From contig CAWHIJ010000003.1 of assembly GCA_963829525.1 (NCBI GenBank), forward strand, positions 1,536,001 to 1,600,000: a DNA stretch of 64,000 nt, written 5' to 3'. Positions 58,602-64,000 of this stretch are shown here, one piece after another. The translations under genes were made by a program, and so were the position numbers. Every line of letters starts with the position of its first letter. The stretch's first letter is position 1. This DNA is from an uncultured Actinomycetota bacterium. GTDB lineage: Bacteria; Actinomycetota; Actinomycetes; JAHEKZ01. The notes beneath the pieces are model-generated. The model saw nothing but the letters and a program-made list of their open reading frames with translations. It made no database searches and was not told the origin of the DNA.

Positions 58602-59326
58602 GTCCAGCAGCGATGAGATGGGTCAGAAGACCGTGGGTCTGGTTGGCCGTTGCACTTTGCATTGCTCTCAGTTCAGCCGCGACCCTGCGGTTCGCTCCCG
58701 CTTTCCAGGTCGACCAGGTCGAGGTGCTGGGCAATGGCCAGGTGTCAGCGGACGACGTGATTGCAGCGGCGAACGTGTCAGACAGCACCCCGATGGTGGC
58801 CCTTCCTATCGATGAGATCGAGTCGCGGGTTGAGTCACTTGACGCCGTGGCCGCTGCGCGCGTGGTGCGCGACTGGCCGGACCGCGTCGAGATCGTCATT
58901 CGTGAGAGGCGGGCCGTCGGCTATGTCGAGAGCGCCAACGGCTTCGGGCTCGTCGGCTCAGACGGCTCGATCTACCGTGAGCAGGACGAGGCACCCAAAG
59001 GCCTCCCTCAGTTGCCCGCGATTACCGAGCGATCCGCGCAAGTTGGTGACTCCTACTCCGACGCTGCCGGCGAAGCAGAGAACGCAGCGTTCGCTGTCGC
59101 AGCTGGCATCCCGAACTCGTTGCGGCGTGCTCTTGTCACCATCAGCGCCACTGGTACCAGGACCGTTCAGCTGACCTTCGCCGACGGAGTTGTCGTGAAG
59201 TGGGGGTCCTCGGGGTCACCGGAGGAGAAGGCAACCGTCGTCAATGCCCTTCGCGAACGGCAAGGGTGGGGGAGCACGTTCACCGTCGTGGACGTCACCG
59301 CACCTGAGGCTCCCGCGCTGAGCTGA
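58598..59326 (+). CDS. ftsQ: Cell division protein FtsQ/DivIB
   Basis: TM helix, POTRA (VEVLGN..RDWPDRVEIVIRER), VKWG..EKA, DVTAPEAP; located before ftsZ. Confidence 0.88.
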   Translation: MSPAAMRWVRRPWVWLAVALCIALSSAATLRFAPAFQVDQVEVLGNGQVSADDVIAAANVSDSTPMVALPIDEIESRVESLDAVAAARVVRDWPDRVEIVIRERRAVGYVESANGFGLVGSDGSIYREQDEAPKGLPQLPAITERSAQVGDSYSDAAGEAENAAFAVAAGIPNSLRRALVTISATGTRTVQLTFADGVVVKWGSSGSPEEKATVVNALRERQGWGSTFTVVDVTAPEAPALS

Positions 59327-59538
59327 CCTGTGCTGAGCGTGACCTGTGCCGTGCCGAAAGCAGAGGCCAGCTGAAGCAGGTGATCGGCAGAGCGACACGC
59401 CGCGAGGTTGACGATCGCGAGCCCCTCCCGTACGTTGCTCCGCGTCCCTGAAGTTGACATAACGTTATACGTCTACTAAAGGGTGAGAGTTGGAGTCGTC
59501 CGCCCCGCGGACGCGACGAGAGAGGCGTCACAAAGACC

Positions 59539-60711
59539 ATGGCTGCTCCGCAGAACTACCTGGCCGTCATCAAGGTGGTGGGCATCGGTGGTGGCGGTGT
59601 CAATGCCATCAACCGGATGATCGAGGTCGGCCTCAAAGGGGTCGAGTTCATCGCGATCAACACCGATGCCCAGGCACTCTTGATGAGTGATGCCGACGTC
59701 AAGCTCGACATCGGTCGTGAGCTCACCCGCGGTCTCGGTGCTGGCGCTGACCCAGAGGTCGGGCGCCGAGCTGCTGAAGATCACCGCACCGAGATTGAAG
59801 AGGTGCTCAAAGGTGCCGACATGGTCTTTGTCACCGCTGGCGAGGGCGGTGGAACCGGAACCGGTGGTGCACCGATCGTGGCGGAGGTCGCCCGTGCAAT
59901 CGGCGCGCTGACGATTGGCGTGGTCACCCGACCTTTCGGCTTCGAGGGGCGTCGTCGTGCGCAACAGGCCGATACCGGCATCGACGAACTGCGCGCCGAG
60001 GTCGACACGCTCATCGTGATTCCCAACGACCGGTTGCTGTCGATCAGCGATCGCGCCGTCAGCGTTCTGGATGCCTTCAAGTCAGCTGACCATGTGTTGA
60101 TGTCCGGAGTGCAAGGGATCACCGACCTCATCACCACCCCAGGGTTGATCAACCTCGACTTCGCTGACGTCAAGTCCGTGATGCAAGGCGCAGGAACCGC
60201 GTTGATGGGTATTGGTAACGCACGTGGTGACGACCGCGCCATCGCCGCAGCTGAGACCGCGATCTCCAGCCCATTGCTCGAGGCATCCATCGACGGAGCA
60301 CGAGGCGTCCTTCTTTCGGTCTCCGGTGGCTCCGATCTGGGGTTGTTCGAGATCAATGAGGCAGCTCGCATGGTGGCCGAGTCGGCCCACCCCGAGGCGA
60401 ACATCATCTTTGGTGCCGTCATCGACGACGCTCTCGGTGACGAGGTGCGAGTCACCGTCATTGCCGCCGGCTTCGACGGAGGTCAGCCCGGAAAGCCTAA
60501 AGTCACCGCCCGCAAGACCGACGATCTCGTCGCCCCCGAGCTGTCGGCGTCGGCCGGCGAGGTCAACGCCGAGGCGTCTGCCGCGCCAGATGAGCCGGCC
60601 GCAGCAACAGACGACCAGTACATCGAGCTGCCGGAGCGCAAAGCTCCACGAACCATCGTCTTTGATGACTCGTCAGCTGACGACCTGGACGTCCCAGACT
60701 TCTTGAAGTAG
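59539..60711 (+). CDS. ftsZ: Cell division protein FtsZ
   Basis: [24 protein letters not shown]-terminal LDVPDFLK. Confidence 0.98.
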   Translation: MAAPQNYLAVIKVVGIGGGGVNAINRMIEVGLKGVEFIAINTDAQALLMSDADVKLDIGRELTRGLGAGADPEVGRRAAEDHRTEIEEVLKGADMVFVTAGEGGGTGTGGAPIVAEVARAIGALTIGVVTRPFGFEGRRRAQQADTGIDELRAEVDTLIVIPNDRLLSISDRAVSVLDAFKSADHVLMSGVQGITDLITTPGLINLDFADVKSVMQGAGTALMGIGNARGDDRAIAAAETAISSPLLEASIDGARGVLLSVSGGSDLGLFEINEAARMVAESAHPEANIIFGAVIDDALGDEVRVTVIAAGFDGGQPGKPKVTARKTDDLVAPELSASAGEVNAEASAAPDEPAAATDDQYIELPERKAPRTIVFDDSSADDLDVPDFLK

Positions 60712-60713
60712 CG

Positions 60714-61424
60714 ATGGTCACCGAGCACCGCCGGCAAGAGATTGCTGCCGGCCTCGCGGCGGCGCGCGAGCGCATTGCCGCTGCTGAGGTCGCGGCTGGC
60801 CGCGCTGCTGGATCGGTTTCGCTGGTAGTGGTCACCAAGACTTTCCCAGCCGACGACGTCGCTGTGCTCGCAGATCTTGGCATCCGGCACGTTGGCGAGA
60901 ACCGCGACCAGGAGGCCAAGCCGAAGGCCGAGGCGCTCCAGGGCTCCGGCTTGGTTTGGCACTTCATCGGCCAGCTGCAGACGAACAAGGCCCGCTCGGT
61001 AGCCGGGTATGCCGATGTCGTTGAGTCAGTGGACCGGGTCAAACTGGTCGGGGCGCTGAGCCGAGCGGCTTCCGAGCTCGGTAACCCAGACCGTCGGCTT
61101 CGTTGCCTGGTGCAGGTCTGTCTCGATGACCAACCCGGCCGTGGCGGCGCCCAGCCCGGGCAGGTGGCTGAGATCGCCGCCTTGATTGCCGGTTCGCCTG
61201 GGCTGACGTTGGGCGGAGTGATGGCCGTTGCGCCACTCGAGGCGGACCCCGATGTCGCGTTTGCCCGGCTTGCGGATGTGGCCGGCGAGGTGCGCTCGGA
61301 TCATCCACAGGCCGAAGTGGTCTCGGCCGGCATGAGCGGCGATCTCGAAGCGGCCGTCCGACACGGCGCGACACAAGTGCGGCTCGGGAGCGCGGTCCTC
61401 GGGCACCGCCCTCCTGTCCGGTAG
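60714..61424 (+). CDS. yggS: YggS-family PLP homeostasis protein
   Basis: [36 protein letters not shown]. Confidence 0.93.
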   Translation: MVTEHRRQEIAAGLAAARERIAAAEVAAGRAAGSVSLVVVTKTFPADDVAVLADLGIRHVGENRDQEAKPKAEALQGSGLVWHFIGQLQTNKARSVAGYADVVESVDRVKLVGALSRAASELGNPDRRLRCLVQVCLDDQPGRGGAQPGQVAEIAALIAGSPGLTLGGVMAVAPLEADPDVAFARLADVAGEVRSDHPQAEVVSAGMSGDLEAAVRHGATQVRLGSAVLGHRPPVR

Positions 61425-61488
61425 CGTGCACCTGACGGCTGATGGTCCCGGAGAGGACCGAGCCACTAGAGACGAAGGGGTCGGGCGT

Positions 61489-61983
61489 ATGGCCGGCGCA
61501 ATGCGCAAGATGGCTGTGTATCTCGGATTGGTCGAGAACGAGGACCAGTACGACGAGTACGACAGCTACGACCGCCAGCATGACCAGCGGGACTACGACG
61601 AGCGCACTCGCCAGCTCCATGCGGTCCGAGATGACGAACCGGCGTCGAGCCGGTCGGGCAACTCCGCGGGCGTGTCGCGCGCCCCTGTCCCTCCTGCGGC
61701 CTCTGCCTCACGAATCACCACCCTTCACCCGCGCACGTACAACGACGCAAGGGCGATCGGCGAGCAGTTCCGCGACGGCACACCGGTCATCATGAATCTC
61801 AGCGAGATGGACGATGGGGACGCCAAGCGGATCGTCGACTTTGCTGCGGGGCTCTCCTTTGGGCTGCACGGGACTCTTGAGCGCGTGACGCAGAAGGTCT
61901 TCCTGCTATCACCGGCCAACGTGGTGGTGACCGCCGAGGAGAAAGCGCAACTGGCACAAGGCGGTTTCTTCAACCAGAGCTGA
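61489..61983 (+). CDS. sepF: Cell division protein SepF
   Basis: [45 protein letters not shown]. Confidence 0.95.
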   Translation: MAGAMRKMAVYLGLVENEDQYDEYDSYDRQHDQRDYDERTRQLHAVRDDEPASSRSGNSAGVSRAPVPPAASASRITTLHPRTYNDARAIGEQFRDGTPVIMNLSEMDDGDAKRIVDFAAGLSFGLHGTLERVTQKVFLLSPANVVVTAEEKAQLAQGGFFNQS

Positions 61984-61994
61984 CTCGCTGCGTT

Positions 61995-62291
61995 ATGGCT
62001 ATCGTTTTTGAAGTCCTTCTGCTTGTGCTGTGGCTGTTCTTGCTGACCCTGATTGCCAGGGTGGTGATTGACCTGCTGCAGATCTTTGCCCGCGATTTCC
62101 GGCCCAGCGGTCTAGTTCTTGTTCTCTTCGAGGCAGTCTTCACCGTGACCGACCCGCCTTTGCGGGCGTTGCGCAGGTTCATCCCGCCGGTACGGCTCGG
62201 AGCAGTCTCCTTCGACTTGGCGATTCTCGTGCTCTTCATCGGCACGCAGGTGCTGATCATGGTGGTCGGCAAGGTTGCGGCTGGGGTGTGA
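61995..62291 (+). CDS. yggT: YggT-family membrane protein (SepG/YlmG)
   Basis: TVTDPPLRALRRFIPPVRLG..FDL. Confidence 0.9.
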   Translation: MAIVFEVLLLVLWLFLLTLIARVVIDLLQIFARDFRPSGLVLVLFEAVFTVTDPPLRALRRFIPPVRLGAVSFDLAILVLFIGTQVLIMVVGKVAAGV

Positions 62292-62371
62292 GGGCGTCTC
62301 GTGGTGCCAGTAGTGCCTGTGACGGATGTGACGCTAGTGTTCTGTGTGATCTGCAAGCCTGAGGAGAACTG

Positions 62372-63262
62372 ATGCCGCTGACTGCCGACGATGTCAACAA
62401 CGTCGTCTTCCAGACGTCGACGAAGCGCAAGGCTGGATATGACGAGGACGAAGTTGACGCCTTCTTGGACCAGGTCGCCGCTGAGCTGACACGGCTCACC
62501 GCAGAAAACGATTCGCTGCGTGCCCAGCTTGCGACCCGCCCAGCCGCAGGTGCTGCTCCCGTGGCCCCCGTAGTGGCTGCGCCGGTGGCTGCTGTGCCGC
62601 CCTCATCTGGAGCTGAGCAGGCAGCCCGGGTGCTGGCCGCAGCCGAACGAACTGCTGACGACGTCGTGGCGTCAGCGCGCTCCGAAGCCGACACCATGTT
62701 GGCAACTGCGCGGAGCAGGGCCGACAACGCCGAACGTGAGGCCGTGACCAAGCACCAGGCGACCATGGCCAGCCTGGCTGGCGAGCGCTCAGCGCTGGAG
62801 AAGCAGGTCGACGAACTGCGCTCGTTCGAGCGTGAGTACCGGACCAGGCTGAAGTCATACCTGGAGCAGCAGCTGCGTGACCTGACCTCCCGCTCCGAGA
62901 CCGGCGGTGCGCAAGCGGCCGCAACAGCTGCGACTGCGACTGCGACCCCACCGCAGCGTCCCGCCTCCGGCGCGGTTGCGCCGCAGGCCCAGCCGCAACA
63001 ACCGCCGGTGCAGCGGCCCCCGGCGGCCCAGCCGCAGGCACAGCCGCCGGCCCAGCCGCAGGCACAGCCGCAGGCCCAGCCGCCAGTGCCGCCGCAGCAA
63101 CCGCCTGTACAAGCGCCGGCCCAGCCGCAGGCACAACCGCCAGTGCCGCCGCAGCAACCGCCTGTACAAGCGCCGGCGCAACCGCCAGCCCCGCCACGTC
63201 CAGCCCAGAGTGTGCCACCTGCTGGACCACCGAGCTCTCCGCCTGCTCAACCACGTCCGTAG
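62372..63262 (+). CDS. divIVA: DivIVA/Wag31 polar growth protein with Pro/Gln-rich tail
   Basis: MPLTADDV, GYDEDEVDAFLD, LRSFEREYRTRLKSYLE. Confidence 0.93.
   Translation: MPLTADDVNNVVFQTSTKRKAGYDEDEVDAFLDQVAAELTRLTAENDSLRAQLATRPAAGAAPVAPVVAAPVAAVPPSSGAEQAARVLAAAERTADDVVASARSEADTMLATARSRADNAEREAVTKHQATMASLAGERSALEKQVDELRSFEREYRTRLKSYLEQQLRDLTSRSETGGAQAAATAATATATPPQRPASGAVAPQAQPQQPPVQRPPAAQPQAQPPAQPQAQPQAQPPVPPQQPPVQAPAQPQAQPPVPPQQPPVQAPAQPPAPPRPAQSVPPAGPPSSPPAQPRP
63077..63190 (+). repeat. 57-bp in-frame tandem duplication (QPPVPPQQPPVQAPAQP(Q/P)A) in the divIVA tail
   Basis: Near-identical units start at 63077 and 63134. Confidence 0.85.
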
Positions 63263-63306
63263 GAAGCCAGGACCGCTTTGCAGGTGGATGCTCACTGAGC
63301 ACAAAC

Positions 63307-63336
63307 GAGGACCCCGGCCAGGTGGCCGGGGTCCTC
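63307..63336. terminator. Hairpin between convergent divIVA and the downstream gene (probable bidirectional terminator)
   Basis: Perfect 14-bp inverted repeat GAGGACCCCGGCCA / TGGCCGGGGTCCTC. Confidence 0.75.
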
Positions 63337-63353
63337 TGTCGTCGGGGTCCTGC

Positions 63354-63824
63354 TCAGATACGGCGACGGAACGGGTCGCGTGGCGGTGGCGCGGGCATCG
63401 AGATACGCGCACCGTCGATGGGGATGCCGGTCAGGCCAAGCACCTTCGTCAAGACCGAGAGGGTGGTCTCGCCAGCACCAATTCCATTCTCGGTGACCAT
63501 GGCGCGGTAGATCGTGACGTAGTGCTTCACCGGGGTGTCATAGGTCCAGTCGACGGAGCCGAGGTGCACCGACTCGCCGGGGCCTTGCTCTGGGCTCAGC
63601 CAGGGGCGGTCCCAGACCTGGATGCCAGTCGGGCTCACACAGAAGATGCCACCCATGGTGATGTCATGCTGTTTGGCGGTCTCGATCAGCTGACGACTCT
63701 CCCGCTCAGCAAGAACGAGTGCAGGACGGACGTTGCTGGCGAGCGCAGGAACGGCGACGGCATTGGCCTTGAGCCGTACCTGGGGGAGCGAAGCTGAGTT
63801 TGTGGCGGCGATGGGTTGCACCAT
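63354..63824 (-). CDS. Hypothetical protein (156 aa)
   Basis: GGAGG RBS before ATG, mixed alpha/beta-looking sequence (IQVWDRPW, LGSVDWTYDTP), upstream promoter-like motif. Confidence 0.7.
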   Translation of the reverse strand: MVQPIAATNSASLPQVRLKANAVAVPALASNVRPALVLAERESRQLIETAKQHDITMGGIFCVSPTGIQVWDRPWLSPEQGPGESVHLGSVDWTYDTPVKHYVTIYRAMVTENGIGAGETTLSVLTKVLGLTGIPIDGARISMPAPPPRDPFRRRI

Positions 63825-63882
63825 GGCTGTCCTCCGTGTGCTGCCGTCCGGCGGTGTCGCGGTTGCGACAGCCGTTGATTGG

Positions 63883-63910
63883 GTATCGGCTCGTCGACCC
63901 ACGCACTTGG
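63883..63910 (-). promoter_or_regulatory. Putative sigma-28 (WhiG/FliA-type) promoter
   Basis: Minus strand CCAAG-N15-GCCGATAC, 58 nt upstream of ATG 63824. Confidence 0.55.
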
Positions 63911-63963
63911 TTACTCCATTTGGGTGATTCTGGTAACGCTGCCCTGTCGGGGGATCAAGGGCT

Positions 63964-63994
63964 GAGGTGCCCCAACCGAGGTGCCCCAGCCGAG
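63964..63994. repeat. 14-bp tandem duplication GAGGTGCCCCA(A/G)CC x2
   Basis: Read directly at the window end. Confidence 0.8.
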
Positions 63995-64000
63995 ATGAGA

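Overview
High-GC actinobacterial (class Actinomycetes) chromosome segment covering the conserved core region that runs from a ROK glucokinase through pfkA, class II DAHP synthase, nfo, a PASTA kinase and an Rv2175c-like gene to DUF3040, TgpA/DUF58/MoxR and the division/cell-wall cluster (mraZ to divIVA). Several accessory blocks sit within it. (1) Two convergent TadE+TadG-like minor-pilin pairs with no pilus machinery nearby (391-3900). (2) An intact maltokinase/glucosamine-kinase-fold protein that seems to have lost its catalytic motifs. (3) A class III aminotransferase with an Lrp/AsnC regulator, and alkA-ogt. (4) A consolidated carotenoid-glycoside cluster (crtYcd, crtB, crtI, crtE, crtD-like, GT2, cruF, crtA-like), interrupted by an orphan barstar and a PLP decarboxylase. 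(5) The best candidate for a poorly described system: a unit with a perfect LexA box, reading DUF6504-like gene, SAV_6107-type HEPN gene, DnaE2, DinB. It has no imuA/imuB, both polymerases carry their own beta-clamp-type motif, and short tandem repeats sit at the first three junctions. Regulatory signals read from the sequence: an SOS box, five 10-bp-phased MraZ-type boxes, an mraW RNA-motif hairpin, three sigma-28/WhiG-like promoters and many leaderless-type starts. Many single-base frameshifts, including in essential mraY, murD and ftsW, most likely reflect long-read or low-coverage consensus errors rather than real pseudogenes. No rRNA, tRNA, CRISPR array, IS or integrase was recognised. 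All family assignments come from motif recognition and gene order, not from database searches.
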